Below, in pieces: positions 1 to 9,772 of a stretch of 64,000 nucleotides of DNA; position 1 is the first letter of the stretch, and each line of letters starts with the position of its first letter. The position numbers were made by a program, and so were the translations under genes. The DNA lies in the NCBI GenBank assembly GCA_963716255.1, contig OY970303.1, positions 6,496,001-6,560,000 on the forward strand. The letters run 5' to 3'. The notes beneath the pieces were generated by a model. The model was not told where the DNA came from and searched no databases. It worked only from the letters and a program-made list of their open reading frames with translations. Source of the DNA: an uncultured Gemmatimonadales bacterium. Its GTDB lineage: Bacteria > Gemmatimonadota > Gemmatimonadetes > Longimicrobiales > Longimicrobiaceae.

Positions 1-847
1 TGTAGTGGCCGGAGTTGTGGGGGCGCGGCGCCACCTCGTTGATGCGCAGCGTACCGTCCTCCTCCAGGAACATCTCCACCCCCAGCACCCCCACCACGTC
101 CAGCCCCGCGGCCATCGCCTCCGCGATGCGCCGCGCCTCCCGCGCGACCCCGTCGGGGATGCGCGCCGGCACCACCGTGGCGTCCAGGATCCCGCCCACG
201 TGCACGTTCTCGCCCACGGGAAAGGACAGGGTCTCCCCCGTCTCCGTCCGCGCGCACACCACCGACAGCTCCATCCGGAAGGGAACGAACGCTTCCAGGA
301 TCAGCTCGGTTCCCGGCCCTCCCAGCGCCGCGAAGGCGGCGTCCGCCTCGCCGGCGGCGCGGATCACGGCCTGGCCCTTTCCGTCGTAGCCGCCGCGCGC
401 CGTCTTCAGCACCGCGGGCGCGCCGATCTCCGCCAGGGCGGCCCGCAGCTCCTCCACGGTTCCCACGGCGCGGTATTCCGCGGTGGGAAGGCCCAGGCGT
501 CGGGCCGCGTCCTTTTCGCGGACCCGGTGCTGCGCGGTCTCCAGCACGTGCGGGCCGGGGTGCAGGCGGACACCGGCGGGGAGGGAGCGGAGCGCGTCCA
601 CGTCCGCGTTCTCCCACTCCAGCGTCACCACGTCGGAGAGGCGCGCCAGCTCGCGGATCGCCGCGGGGTCGTCCAGGGGAGCACGCAGGTGCCCGTCGCA
701 CACCTGCGCCGCAGGGGCGTCCTCCGCGGGGTCAAGCACCAGCGTCCGGTAGCCCATGCGGCGCGCCTCCAGCCCCAGCATCCGCCCCAGCTGCCCCCCG
801 CCCACGATGCCGATGGTGGCGCCGGGGAGGACCGGGCCCCCCGTCAC
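1..847 (-). CDS. purK: N5-carboxyaminoimidazole ribonucleotide synthase (partial, runs off the left edge)
   Basis: Hand translation from GTG at 847 gives (M)[22 protein letters not shown]..., with VTLEWENAD and [16 protein letters not shown]-grasp motifs. The start overlaps the purE stop (GTGA). Absent from the ORF track because no stop lies in the window. Confidence 0.95.
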   Translation of the reverse strand, partial: MTGGPVLPGATIGIVGGGQLGRMLGLEARRMGYRTLVLDPAEDAPAAQVCDGHLRAPLDDPAAIRELARLSDVVTLEWENADVDALRSLPAGVRLHPGPHVLETAQHRVREKDAARRLGLPTAEYRAVGTVEELRAALAEIGAPAVLKTARGGYDGKGQAVIRAAGEADAAFAALGGPGTELILEAFVPFRMELSVVCARTETGETLSFPVGENVHVGGILDATVVPARIPDGVAREARRIAEAMAAGLDVVGVLGVEMFLEEDGTLRINEVAPRPHNSGHY

Positions 848-1344
848 TTCGCCTCGCCGGGCGAGGGCTCCGGGCGCAGCGCGTCCTCGGCCATGCGCTC
901 GCGGTAGGCGTGCAGCCGCCCGCGCAGCCCCGGGTCGCCGAGCGCCAGGATGCGCGCGGCGAGCAGTCCCGCGTTCGCCGCGCCCGCCTTGCCGATGGCG
1001 ACGGTGGCCACGGGGACGCCCCTGGGCATCTGCACGATGGACAGGAGCGAGTCCAGCCCGTTGAGCGTGGAGGACAGCACCGGCACGCCGATCACCGGGA
1101 GAACCGTCTTGGCGGCCGTCATCCCGGGAAGGTGCGCCGCGCCCCCCGCGCCGGCCACGATCACCTGGATCCCGCGCCCCTCCGCCGCTTCCGCGTACGC
1201 GAACATGCGGTCCGGGGTGCGGTGCGCGGAAACGATCTCCATCTCGTAGTCCACCTCCAGCTCGTCCAGGACGCGGGCGGCCTCCAGCATCGTTTCCCGG
1301 TCGGACCGGCTCCCCATGATGATCCCGACGCGCGGCTGGCTCAC
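844..1344 (-). CDS. purE: N5-carboxyaminoimidazole ribonucleotide mutase
   Basis: [28 protein letters not shown] and [14 protein letters not shown] motifs. GTG start at 1344 is preceded by GGAGGA. Confidence 0.97.
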   Translation of the reverse strand: MSQPRVGIIMGSRSDRETMLEAARVLDELEVDYEMEIVSAHRTPDRMFAYAEAAEGRGIQVIVAGAGGAAHLPGMTAAKTVLPVIGVPVLSSTLNGLDSLLSIVQMPRGVPVATVAIGKAGAANAGLLAARILALGDPGLRGRLHAYRERMAEDALRPEPSPGEAK

Positions 1345-1517
1345 GAACGCTCCTCCGGACGAGTTTTTCGGCGGTCCCGCGGGGGCGCCCCGCCCCCGCG
1401 GGCGTGAATGTAGGCGAGGGCACCCGCCCCGGCAACGCGCCTTGTGGGCCCGCGGAGGCCCGCATAAGTTCACCTCCTGAACCGATCGCCGATCCTCCCC
1501 CTCCCACCGGCCGCCGC

Positions 1518-1835
1518 ATGGACCTCCGCGAGGCGCAGGCACAGGTGCACGCCTACATCTCCCAGTTCAAGGAGGGGTACTTCCCCCCGCTGGTGAACCT
1601 GGCCCGCCTCACCGAGGAGGTGGGGGAGCTGGCCCGGGAGATGAACCACCGCTTCGGCCCGAAGACCAAGAAGGCCGACGAGCCCGAGGGGGACGTCGCG
1701 CTGGAGCTGGCGGACATCCTGTTCGTGCTGGTGGTGCTCGCCAACCAGATGAACATCGACCTGCAGGAAGCGCTGGACCGCACCATGACCAAGTACCGCG
1801 TCCGCGACGCCGACCGCTGGGAGCGGAACGACTGA
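1518..1835 (+). CDS. MazG-like nucleotide pyrophosphohydrolase (YpjD-like)
   Basis: MDLREAQ...[21 protein letters not shown]...[14 protein letters not shown]...RDADRW. EExxE and ELAD metal-binding motifs of the all-alpha NTP-PPase family. Confidence 0.9.
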   Translation: MDLREAQAQVHAYISQFKEGYFPPLVNLARLTEEVGELAREMNHRFGPKTKKADEPEGDVALELADILFVLVVLANQMNIDLQEALDRTMTKYRVRDADRWERND

Positions 1836-1898
1836 CCCTCCCTCGCCGCCCGCGGAGTCGCCCGGCCCCCCGCTCCCCCCACCCGTCCGCCCGCCCCC

Positions 1899-3266
1899 AT
1901 GCAGCCAGTCGTCTACATCGTCGACGATGACCCGGTCCAGCTGGCGCTGCTCACCGCGCAGCTGGAGCGCTTCCGCCGTTTCAGCACCCAGGGGTTCACT
2001 TCGTCCGAGGAGGCGCTGGAGGCGGTGGAGACCGAGCCGCCCGACGGCATCGTCTGCGACCTGGTGATGCCGGGGATGGACGGCGTAGAGTTCACCCGGC
2101 GGGTGCGCGCCGGCTACCGCGGCATCCCCATCATCATCGCCACCGCGCGCTCCGAGGTGGGCGACGCCGAGCGCTGCCTGGCCGCCGGCGCCACCGACTT
2201 CGTCACCAAGCCCATCGACGCGGCGGGGCTGGTGACGCGCATCGTGCGCAGCCTGGAGGAGACCCCCGCCCGCGACCTGCGTCCTTCCGGCGACGGCGAC
2301 GTCGACCCCAACCGCATCATCGGCTCGCACCCGCTGATCGAGGAGGTGCGCAAGTTCATCCGCAACGTGGCCTCCGTCCCGCACGTGTCGGCGCTGCTCC
2401 TGGGCGAGTCGGGAACGGGGAAGAGCCTGGTGGCGCGCTCCATCCACGACGCGGGCCATGGCCTGCGCACGCGCCTGGCCGAGATCAACTGCGCCTCGCT
2501 CCCGGCGCAGGTGCTGGAGGCCGAGCTGTTCGGCTACGAGAAGGGCGCCTTCCCCGAGGCGCGGCAGACCAAGAAGGGGCTGCTGGAGGTGGCCGACAGC
2601 GGGACGCTCTTCCTGGACGACATCGGCAAGATGCCGGCGGAGGTGCAGGGCAAGCTGCTCAGCTTCCTGGAAGGGCGCAGCTTCCGGCGCCTGGGCTCCA
2701 CGCGCGAGATGTCGTCCAACCTGCGCATCATCGCGGCGAGCAACGTGGACCTGGCGGGGGAGGTGGCCGCGGGGCGCTTCCGGCGCGACCTGTACTATCG
2801 CCTCAACGTGGTGTCGCACGTGCTGCCGCCGCTGCGCGACGTGCGCACCGACATCCCCGCGCTCGCCCACCACTTCGTGGCGCGGGCGGCGGCGTACTTC
2901 GGCAAGCCGGTGCCGGGGCTGGACCCGGACGACTTGGAGCGCCTGCAGGGCTACCACTGGCCGGGGAACGCACGCGAGCTGCGCAACCTGATCGAGCGCT
3001 CCATGATCTTTTCGCGCGACTCCAGCCTGCGCGTGAGCACCTTCATCGGGTCGGTGGGCGCCCCGGCAACGGCCGTCCTTTCCGTGCCCAAGGGGCTGAC
3101 GCTGGACGAGGTGGAGCGGCTGTACATCGAGGCGACGCTGCGGGAGATGGGGGGGAACGTGCAGGCGGCGGCGACGGCGCTGGGGGTGTCGCGCAAGGTC
3201 CTCTGGCAGCGGCGCAAGCGCCACGGACTTTTAGAGGAAAGGTCTACCGAAGAGATCGTGGACTGA
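1899..3266 (+). CDS. NtrC-family response regulator (REC-AAA+-Fis HTH) with degenerate sigma54-contact loop
   Basis: Receiver (VDDD, DLVMPGMDG, KP), Walker A GESGTGKS, ELFGYEKGAFPEA, LFLDDIG, FRRDLYYRLNV, WPGNARELRN and C-terminal GNVQAAATALGVSRKVLW HTH. Confidence 0.93.
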   Translation: MQPVVYIVDDDPVQLALLTAQLERFRRFSTQGFTSSEEALEAVETEPPDGIVCDLVMPGMDGVEFTRRVRAGYRGIPIIIATARSEVGDAERCLAAGATDFVTKPIDAAGLVTRIVRSLEETPARDLRPSGDGDVDPNRIIGSHPLIEEVRKFIRNVASVPHVSALLLGESGTGKSLVARSIHDAGHGLRTRLAEINCASLPAQVLEAELFGYEKGAFPEARQTKKGLLEVADSGTLFLDDIGKMPAEVQGKLLSFLEGRSFRRLGSTREMSSNLRIIAASNVDLAGEVAAGRFRRDLYYRLNVVSHVLPPLRDVRTDIPALAHHFVARAAAYFGKPVPGLDPDDLERLQGYHWPGNARELRNLIERSMIFSRDSSLRVSTFIGSVGAPATAVLSVPKGLTLDEVERLYIEATLREMGGNVQAAATALGVSRKVLWQRRKRHGLLEERSTEEIVD

Positions 3267-3322
3267 ACTGTTGGAACGGCTCGAACTACGGATTCGGGCG
3301 TGCCCCCGGCTGGCGCCGGGGT

Positions 3323-3376
3323 CGGGCTTCGGCTCCGTAGGGCTGCAAACAACGCAGCCCTACGGAGTCGAGCCCG
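3323..3376. repeat. GTAG-type REP-like long palindrome
   Basis: Perfect 14-bp stem CTCCGTAGGGCTGC (3333-3346) / GCAGCCCTACGGAG (3354-3367) with loop AAACAAC, extended imperfectly on both sides. Confidence 0.7.
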
Positions 3377-3555
3377 CGCAAACAGCCGCGCGGTCTCGCC
3401 CCTTCGGGCCGAAATCCCTCACGCGGGCATCGCGCTGGCGTCCGCAGGGGCCCTCACCCGGCGCGCTTGAGGCTCGCACGGCTCGCCTCCTGACATCCCC
3501 CGTTCCGGGGGAGGGGCATCTCCACGCTGACGATCCCCGGCTTCGTCCGTGTCGT

Positions 3556-3667
3556 TCTCCCCCTCCCCCCTTGCGGGGGAGGGGGGGCCGAGGCCCGGCA
3601 GGATCCCCGCCCTCCGACTGTCGTTCCCCTCCTTTCCCCTCGTGGGAGAGGGGCCGGCGGATGGGGG
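3556..3667. repeat. Two REP-like 'CCCCTC...GAGGGG' hairpin elements
   Basis: CCCCTCCCCCCTTGCGGGGGAGGGG and TCCCCTCGTGGGAGAGGGGCCGG (3635-3657). The latter recurs reverse-complemented inside the NRPS at 25251-25274. Confidence 0.65.
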
Positions 3668-3675
3668 CGCGGTGA

Positions 3676-3714
3676 GAAGACGAACGCCCCCGCCGGGATT
3701 TCCCGGCGGGGGCG
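3676..3714 (-). terminator. Intrinsic terminator downstream of the last pilus-locus gene
   Basis: Stem CGCCCCCGCCGGGA/TCCCGGCGGGGGCG followed on the minus strand by TTCGTCTTCT. Confidence 0.7.
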
Positions 3715-3752
3715 CTTCCGTACTTCGTACCGCCCGTCTCCCGCGGCCGCTC

Positions 3753-4160
3753 CTACAGGTTCGTCGCCACCACGTAGGTCACCTTGACGGCGTCGCCCGG
3801 CGGCAGGTCGCCCGCGCGCAGGTCCAGGCGGTAGCGCCCGTCCGCAGAGGGGATCCGGGCGGGCGGCGCGGGCTCACGTGCGAGGAGTGCCGACGTGGCC
3901 GCGGCCGTGGCGTCGGCAGCGGCCGCGCGGGTGACGACGACGTCGACCAGGTACCCCGCGGCGCCGGGGACGACAGCCGGGGTGGTCACGTCCAGGTAGC
4001 GGCCCTGGCGGTAGTCCAGCTTCACCCCCGCCGGAGCCTCCACCCGCAGAGGCTCCGCGATGGTGGCGGAAACGCCGATGGACGCGGTGCGCACCTGTGC
4101 CGCGGCCGGCGACACGGCGCCGAGCAGCGCCAGCGCAGCGAGCAACACGAGCTTCTTCAT
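3753..4160 (-). CDS. Small secreted pilin-like protein with N-terminal donor-strand-like extension
   Basis: ATG at 4160 with GGAGG RBS. Sec signal MKKLVLLAALALLGAVSPAAA|Q, then alternating VRTASIGVSATI and a C-terminal beta strand VKVTYVVATNL. Confidence 0.75.
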   Translation of the reverse strand: MKKLVLLAALALLGAVSPAAAQVRTASIGVSATIAEPLRVEAPAGVKLDYRQGRYLDVTTPAVVPGAAGYLVDVVVTRAAAADATAAATSALLAREPAPPARIPSADGRYRLDLRAGDLPPGDAVKVTYVVATNL

Positions 4161-4205
4161 GACCGCCTCCGCGTACAGGGTTTCCGCGTTCGCGGCATCC
4201 CTCAA

Positions 4206-4246
4206 TGCGAAGATCGGGCCGAATCGGGAAGATGCTCAAGTGTTTG
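4206..4246 (-). promoter_or_regulatory. Candidate sigma54 -24/-12 promoter with adjacent IHF-like site
   Basis: Minus strand CGGCCCGATCTTCGCA (4221-4206) has GG-N10-GC spacing. TCAAGTGTTTG (4236-4246) resembles the IHF core TCAA-N4-TTR just upstream. Confidence 0.5.
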
Positions 4247-4361
4247 TGGGGTTTGGGGTTGCGCGAGTGGCGGCGGGGCGGGGGAACCGTAAAGTTGCTG
4301 GGCGGCTTCCCACCCGGATTTTCGTCAAGGCTTTGAAGGGTAAAGAGTTGGAAGACGTGTA

Positions 4362-4400
4362 AAGAAACGGGACGGTGCCGGAGGGCACCGTCCCGTTTTT
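4362..4400 (-). terminator. Intrinsic (potentially bidirectional) terminator after the usher-like gene
   Basis: AAACGGGACGGTGCC-GGAG-GGCACCGTCCCGTTT, with T-rich tails on both strands. Confidence 0.85.
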
Positions 4401-4418
4401 CCCCGGCCCTTCTGGGGG

Positions 4419-6995
4419 TCAGCCGTCGGCGGGAACCAGCCGGATCGGGGCCAGCTCCACCAGCAGCTCGTCGCCCGCGGGGCTGATGCGGAAGCGGACC
4501 GAGGCGGGGTCCGCCTTCGCCCGCAGGGCGCGGAGCGAGGCGGCGGAGACGGTGATCTCGTACTCGCCGGGGCGCACCCGGCTCAGGTAGAACTCCCCGT
4601 CGCTGAAGGTCACCACGCTGGTCGCGCGGTCGCCGGACAGCTCCCGCAGCTCCAGCGTGACGCCGCCCGCGGTGGCGACGCCCGGGGCGGCCTCCAGGCG
4701 GCCGGCCAGCTCGCGCGTCTGCACCAGGGGGAAGTCCACCCGGTTGTACATGTGGGGGGTGGGGCGCAGGCGGACGCCGCGCGTCAGCGGGATCCAGCTG
4801 GCGTCGATCCGCCGCAGCGTGTCCACGCTCACCTCCGCCACTTCGTACGGGACCACGTTCCAGGCCCGGTACACCCCGGCCGAATCGGTGCGCGCCCGGC
4901 TGCTCCCCACCAGCACCTCCACACCCGCCGCCGCGCGGTCGCCGTCGCCGAGCACGCCGTCGCCGTCGTGGTCGTAGAAGACCACCCCGCTCACCCCCGC
5001 GTCGCGGACCCCGCCGTAGGTGAGGGGCACCACTCCCGTGCGGCGGTCCCAGCTCAGCCCCCCGTTCATCGTGGCGGTGGCGAGCGTGGCCCGGCCGGGC
5101 GTGGCGGCCAGGCGAGCCTGCGTGCGCGAGAAGCGGGTGGACAGGCTGTAGTTGACGGTGAGCGAGGGGGAGCGGGTCTCCAGGTCCCAGCGCGACGCGA
5201 GCACCAGGTAGCCCGAGGAGCCCAGCTGGACGGAGGTGCCCACCTGGAGCAGCTCGAGGCCGCCGTCGCCGAAGCCCACCCCGGCGGTGAGCGGGCGGTT
5301 GCGGAGCCAGGCGGCGCCACGGTCCGGCGTGAGCACCAGCCCCGACAGCGTCAGCAGCCCGCCGTCGCGCAGCCGGTCGTACTCGTAGCCGGCGTCCACC
5401 GTCCCGCGCGGCACGTCCAGCGTGCCCAGCACGCGCGCGCGGTCCACCGGGCGGCCGCGCTCCGCCTCCACGCGCGCCTCCGTGCGCAGGGCCCGCACCG
5501 TCCAGGGGAAGCGCACGGAAAGCAGCGACTCGGCGTACCAGCGCGGTCGCAGCGTGGGGATGAACGACGGCTGGCCGGCACCCGGGTAGTTGATGCCGGC
5601 GGTGAGGGCGGCGTTCACCGGCCGGTTCCCGTAGTAGCCGGCCTGGGCCCGAAGGTACGACGACTTCGCCGCCTCGAGCTGGGCCGCCCACCCGGAGATC
5701 CACGCCATGCTGACCGATGCGTTGGGGAGCACCGCCTCCCGCAGCGAGTCCGAGCTGGCCTCCAGCCCGCCGCCCACCGTCAGCCAGTGGGCGAGCCCCA
5801 CGTCCGCGCTGGCGTAGGCCAGGTACTCGCACCCGCGGTTGGGGCAGACGCCGGCGCCCGCCGAATACTCCACCCGGCCGGGAGCGAGCTGAGTGGGCGG
5901 CACCTGGTACAGGACCTCGGTCACCACCTCCTCGCCCGCGGGGCTGTACATGCGCACCTGAAGCGGCGTGCCGCCGTAGCGAAGCGGCACCGAGACGGGG
6001 CCGCGCGACACACCGTCCGAGAACCCCAGCAGCTCGCCGTTCTGGTACACTTCGTACTCCCACCCCTGGGGCACGTCGGGGGACAGGAGAACGCTCGAAA
6101 AGAAAGGGTCGCGCACCACCCGTGCGTTGGTGACGTTGATCCCGCGCACCGAGCGCAGCAGCGCCCCTCCGGCGACGATGTCGCCCACCTCCACCTGCCG
6201 CACCAGCATCGAGGTGGGAAAGCCCCGGCGGTAGCTCCAGTTCCAGTCCGAGATCTCGCCCAGGCCGCTCGCCCGGGGGGCCAGCGTTCCCCCGGCCGAC
6301 AGGTCGCCGCCCCAGAGCGCCACCCCCGCCTGCGAGCGCAGGGTGTAGCCGCCTAGCAGGTCGTCGCCGGTCGCGGAGATCCCCCAGTCCAGCACCCCGG
6401 CGCCCGAGCGCGCGGCGTACGGCACCGGCGGGCCCACGCTCCGGCCGGCCGGCCGGACGCGGGTGCGGCGCGAGGCGGCCGCGGCCTCCTGCTCCGCTGG
6501 AAAGGGGGGCGTGCGGGTGACGTTGACCACCAGAGCCGCCGGGTCCACCGCGAGCGTCGCCTGCAGCAGGTCGGCGATGCGCTCGGTGTGGAGGTACACC
6601 TCGCGGCCGACCACCACCGCGTCCCGCTCGCCGAGGCCGATGCGGCCGTCCGGCCGGACCACGGCGCGGGCGGCGAGGTCCAGGGCGTTGCGGCCTCCGC
6701 CACCCAGCGCGGGGAGCGAGAAGAGGGAGTCGCCGCGGGATCGCTGGAACGGGATCCCCGTCATCTCGAGCACGGGGACCACCGGGACGAGCACCGCCCC
6801 CGAGGTGTCCACCAGCGCGGCCAGCGTCACCGAGGCGGTCCTGGGGATGCGCACCTCATACAGCCCCTGCTCGAAGCCGGCGGGGACCTCCTGCGCGCGC
6901 AGCTCCCGCCCCGGCGACAGGGCGAGGATGCAGAAAACGACGAACAGCCCGGCCGCGCGGAGCACGGCCCCCGGGCCGTGGCGGGGACGGGACAA
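4419..6995 (-). CDS. Usher-like outer-membrane pilus assembly protein (start uncertain, ORF open to 7121)
   Basis: About 860 aa with a signal peptide ending LRA|Q. Usher-like segments include VEVGDIV..., WEYEVYQNGELLG, VPLRYGGTPLQVRMYSPAGE and amphipathic beta strands. C-terminal Ig/carboxypeptidase-regulatory-like domains (VSGVVFYDHDGDG..., TFSDGEFYLSRVRPGEYEI). Sits downstream of the chaperone and pilins. Confidence 0.75.
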   Translation of the reverse strand: MSRPRHGPGAVLRAAGLFVVFCILALSPGRELRAQEVPAGFEQGLYEVRIPRTASVTLAALVDTSGAVLVPVVPVLEMTGIPFQRSRGDSLFSLPALGGGGRNALDLAARAVVRPDGRIGLGERDAVVVGREVYLHTERIADLLQATLAVDPAALVVNVTRTPPFPAEQEAAAASRRTRVRPAGRSVGPPVPYAARSGAGVLDWGISATGDDLLGGYTLRSQAGVALWGGDLSAGGTLAPRASGLGEISDWNWSYRRGFPTSMLVRQVEVGDIVAGGALLRSVRGINVTNARVVRDPFFSSVLLSPDVPQGWEYEVYQNGELLGFSDGVSRGPVSVPLRYGGTPLQVRMYSPAGEEVVTEVLYQVPPTQLAPGRVEYSAGAGVCPNRGCEYLAYASADVGLAHWLTVGGGLEASSDSLREAVLPNASVSMAWISGWAAQLEAAKSSYLRAQAGYYGNRPVNAALTAGINYPGAGQPSFIPTLRPRWYAESLLSVRFPWTVRALRTEARVEAERGRPVDRARVLGTLDVPRGTVDAGYEYDRLRDGGLLTLSGLVLTPDRGAAWLRNRPLTAGVGFGDGGLELLQVGTSVQLGSSGYLVLASRWDLETRSPSLTVNYSLSTRFSRTQARLAATPGRATLATATMNGGLSWDRRTGVVPLTYGGVRDAGVSGVVFYDHDGDGVLGDGDRAAAGVEVLVGSSRARTDSAGVYRAWNVVPYEVAEVSVDTLRRIDASWIPLTRGVRLRPTPHMYNRVDFPLVQTRELAGRLEAAPGVATAGGVTLELRELSGDRATSVVTFSDGEFYLSRVRPGEYEITVSAASLRALRAKADPASVRFRISPAGDELLVELAPIRLVPADG

Positions 6996-7133
6996 GATCA
7001 GGCCGTCGAGGTGGTGGAGGCGGAAGGCGGAGCGGAGGCCCCTAATACTCAATCGGCGGGCGTGCCCGCGCAAGGCTGCGCGGCAGGGAGGGAAGAGCAG
7101 CCGCGCTCCGGAGGAGCGCACCCGCTCCGGAGC

Positions 7134-7739
7134 TCAGAAGCTGCTGTACTCGAAGCGGATGGTGACGATCCCGGAGTAGATCCCGGCCCGCTGGCTGGCG
7201 GTGGGCGTCGCGGTGCCGCCCAGGTACAGGTACAGGTCGCGGCCGTTGGTCCCGGGCTGCAGGGCCGGGTCGGCGCCGGGGCCGTTGATCTGGTAGCTGT
7301 AGGCGTCGCCCGCCACGGGGGTCCCCGTGGCACAGCCGAGCTCGGTCGCCCCGCGGACCACGCATCCCCTGGCCGCGTTGGTCCAGTTGAGCGGCAGCGC
7401 CGCGCCGCCGGGGCCGGCCAGCGAGGCGGGGAGGCTGACGAAGGTGACGCGGATGTACCGCCGGTTCGCCGAGTTGGCGGGCGACAGGCTGGAGAACACC
7501 CACAGGCCGGAAGCGCACCCTGCACAGCTCTGCGCGTTCTGCGGGGCCACCGTCTGCGGGATCCCGGGCGTGGCCGTCCCGAACTCCAGGTCGCGCACGG
7601 CCGCCCCGGTGAGCGCCGTCTCCACCACGGCGAGGCTCTGAACGTTCGCCTGCACCTGCTGCGCACCCGCGGCCCCGCTGGTGGCGGAAAGCGCGAGGAT
7701 GAGAACCGGGAAAAGCACCCGCCAGCAGGGAAGTCGCAT
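7134..7739 (-). CDS. Minor pilin / adhesin-like subunit (DUF4402/Csu-like)
   Basis: Signal peptide ending AGA|Q, DLEFG motif, two Cys pairs and C-terminal QRAGIYSGIVTIRFEY. Confidence 0.7.
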   Translation of the reverse strand: MRLPCWRVLFPVLILALSATSGAAGAQQVQANVQSLAVVETALTGAAVRDLEFGTATPGIPQTVAPQNAQSCAGCASGLWVFSSLSPANSANRRYIRVTFVSLPASLAGPGGAALPLNWTNAARGCVVRGATELGCATGTPVAGDAYSYQINGPGADPALQPGTNGRDLYLYLGGTATPTASQRAGIYSGIVTIRFEYSSF

Positions 7740-7747
7740 GGGTCGGC

Positions 7748-8608
7748 TCAGGCGATGGGAAGGGTTTCGGTCACGGCCGACGCCGGGAGGATGCTTTCCG
7801 GCGGCAGGTCGGTCCGGTCCGTGTCGAGCGTGAACACCACGCGGTGCCCGGCGAGCGAGCGGGGAGCGGGGAGCGGGATCCGCACCACCTTGCGCAGCCC
7901 CCGGTAGACGGCGATGCCGTCGGTCGCTTCGGCCACCACGCGGCCGTCCGGCGCGAGGAGCTGCGCCCGGACCTGACCAACGAAGGCGGCGTTCCCCTCG
8001 CGCTCCAGGTCCAGCGTCAGCTCGGCCGCCTCGGGAGTGGCGCGCACGGCGCGGTTCGTCACCCGTACGCCGGTGCTCACGCTGCCGTTGCGGTAGTTGA
8101 CCGGCGCCACGATCTCCATGGCCACGCTCACCGAGGTGCGCACGTTGTTGTCCAGCGTCTGCTCGATGGGAGGCTGCCCCCCCGTCGAGTGGATGCGGAT
8201 GCGCCCCCAGTACTCGCCGTCGGCCAGGCCGGCGGGCGGCGACACCAGGACGCGCACCACCTGCCGCTGCCCCGGCTCCAGGCGCAGCCGCCTGGGGAAG
8301 GCGCGGACCCAGGGGAGCACCGAAGGCTCGCCCGCGGGGGCCACGCTGTCCAGCTGCACGGCGATCCTTCCCTCGGCATCCGACCGCGGGTACCCGAACG
8401 CGAACGACAGCGTGATCTCCTCCGGCAGGCTGCCCGGGTTGAACAGCGTCAGCGTCCCGGTGCGGGTGCGGTGGTCGATGTAGAGCGCGTTGGGGCTCAC
8501 CGAGACCGCCGCCGCCTCGCCCGCGCCGAACCCGACGAGGAGCGTGCAGAAGAGGAGCGCCCGGGCGAGCAGGCCGGGTCGGATACGGCCGGTGGACAGG
8601 CGGAGCAT
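7748..8608 (-). CDS. Periplasmic pilus chaperone (PapD/EcpB-like)
   Basis: Signal peptide, then VSVSPNALYID...TLTLFNPG, WVRAFPRRLRLEPGQRQVVRV, GEYWGRI and a second domain with LEREGNAAF. Confidence 0.82.
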   Translation of the reverse strand: MLRLSTGRIRPGLLARALLFCTLLVGFGAGEAAAVSVSPNALYIDHRTRTGTLTLFNPGSLPEEITLSFAFGYPRSDAEGRIAVQLDSVAPAGEPSVLPWVRAFPRRLRLEPGQRQVVRVLVSPPAGLADGEYWGRIRIHSTGGQPPIEQTLDNNVRTSVSVAMEIVAPVNYRNGSVSTGVRVTNRAVRATPEAAELTLDLEREGNAAFVGQVRAQLLAPDGRVVAEATDGIAVYRGLRKVVRIPLPAPRSLAGHRVVFTLDTDRTDLPPESILPASAVTETLPIA

Positions 8609-8636
8609 CGTGGGTCCTTCGGTTCCTGCGTGAATG

Positions 8637-9116
8637 TCAGGTGTCGGTACTCGACAGCACGACCACGAGGGTGGCCGTGTACTCGCCCGCGCGCTGCGCC
8701 GCCGTCGTGGCCGCCGTGCCGCCGACCACCAGCGTCGCCTCGCCGTGACCCGGCGGGATCTTGAACCGCTCGGTCACGTTGGGATCGAACGGCGAGAGCT
8801 TGCCGTTCTTGGCCTGGATCGCCCCGTCGCCGCTGCGGAACACCAGCGGGATGCGGGCTCCGTCGCGGGAGGTCAGCGCGGTGGGGAGAATGAGGCGCAG
8901 GTCGAAGTTCCCCGCGCCCGTGATCTTCACCTCCGCCCGCCGCCACGCGTCCTGCACCGTCACCGTTTCGGAGAGCCCCGGGAGCAGCGTCCCGAAGTTC
9001 AGCGGCTGGACCGCCGAGATCGCCGCCTGCGCGGCCGCGGGCGCGGCGCCCGCGAGCGTGGCGAGCGCGAGGAACGCCGCAGACACGATCATCCGGGTAT
9101 CCCTCGCGCTCGTCAT
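8637..9116 (-). CDS. Minor pilin-like subunit lacking an N-terminal extension (DUF4402-like)
   Basis: Signal peptide ending AAA|Q followed almost at once by ISAVQPLNFG. C-terminal QRAGEYTATLVVVL. Confidence 0.75.
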   Translation of the reverse strand: MTSARDTRMIVSAAFLALATLAGAAPAAAQAAISAVQPLNFGTLLPGLSETVTVQDAWRRAEVKITGAGNFDLRLILPTALTSRDGARIPLVFRSGDGAIQAKNGKLSPFDPNVTERFKIPPGHGEATLVVGGTAATTAAQRAGEYTATLVVVLSSTDT

Positions 9117-9183
9117 TGCTGCCTTGCCCCGTTGCTCACGTGGGGCGCGGCGCTCCGTCCGTGCGGGCGCCGCGCGTCCCATG

Positions 9184-9690
9184 TCAGAAGGTGGTGTAGG
9201 TCGCGGTGAAGGTCACCGTGCCCGTGTAGTTGCCGGCCGGGGCGGTGGTGGTCGCCGCCGCTGCGATGTCGCCGCCCACGTACAGCCAGTGGTCCGTGCG
9301 GGCGTTGCCGGAGAGGGCCGTGGTGTAGCCCGCCGCGCAGGTGCCGGCGAAGGCCGTCGGCGTGGTGGCGGTGCCGGTGGTCGCCTGGGCGCAGCTGTAG
9401 GTGACGGCGAGGCTGCCGCCGCCGGCGCGGTTGAGCGCGGTGCCGGCGACCGTCACGGTGGTCGGCGTGTTGTACGACACCATGATCTTGCCGCCGTTGG
9501 CCGCGGTCACGGTGGCCCCGGTCCCGGGCGTGATGGGCGCGCCGAAGTCCAGGTTGGTCGGGTTGCTGAAGGTGACGGCCGACTGGACCTTGGCGAGGGC
9601 GTTGATGGTCGCGGTCTGCGTCTGGGCGCTGGCCACCGCCGGAACGATGAGGCAGGCAGCGGCGGCGAGGATGAACGCGGTCTTCTTCAT
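9184..9690 (-). CDS. Major pilin-like subunit, copy B (168 aa)
   Basis: ATG at 9690 with AGGAG RBS. Signal ending ASA|Q, ATINALAKV extension, NLDFG, one Cys pair and APAGNYTGTVTFTATY. Confidence 0.82.
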   Translation of the reverse strand: MKKTAFILAAAACLIVPAVASAQTQTATINALAKVQSAVTFSNPTNLDFGAPITPGTGATVTAANGGKIMVSYNTPTTVTVAGTALNRAGGGSLAVTYSCAQATTGTATTPTAFAGTCAAGYTTALSGNARTDHWLYVGGDIAAAATTTAPAGNYTGTVTFTATYTTF

Positions 9691-9772
9691 GATGGTGCTC
9701 TCCTGGGGAGGGTGGGTGGACTGCTTCGACTTCGACTGGTTCAGGACCTTCAGCGGAGGCCCGCGTACCGAC

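Noticed and set aside
5..907. 300-aa plus-strand ORF
   Set aside because: Antisense to purK, which has clear family motifs.
4281..4322. Third copy of the GTTCCC-N4-GGGAAC operator upstream of the 3753-4160 gene
   Set aside because: Only half-site matches (GGGAAC and CTTCCC-ACCC-GGATTT), too weak to call.
3874..7907. Overlapping alternative ORFs across the pilus locus (3874..6063, 4752..6356, 6588..7907)
   Set aside because: Arg/Gly/Pro-rich off-frame translations that overlap better-supported genes.
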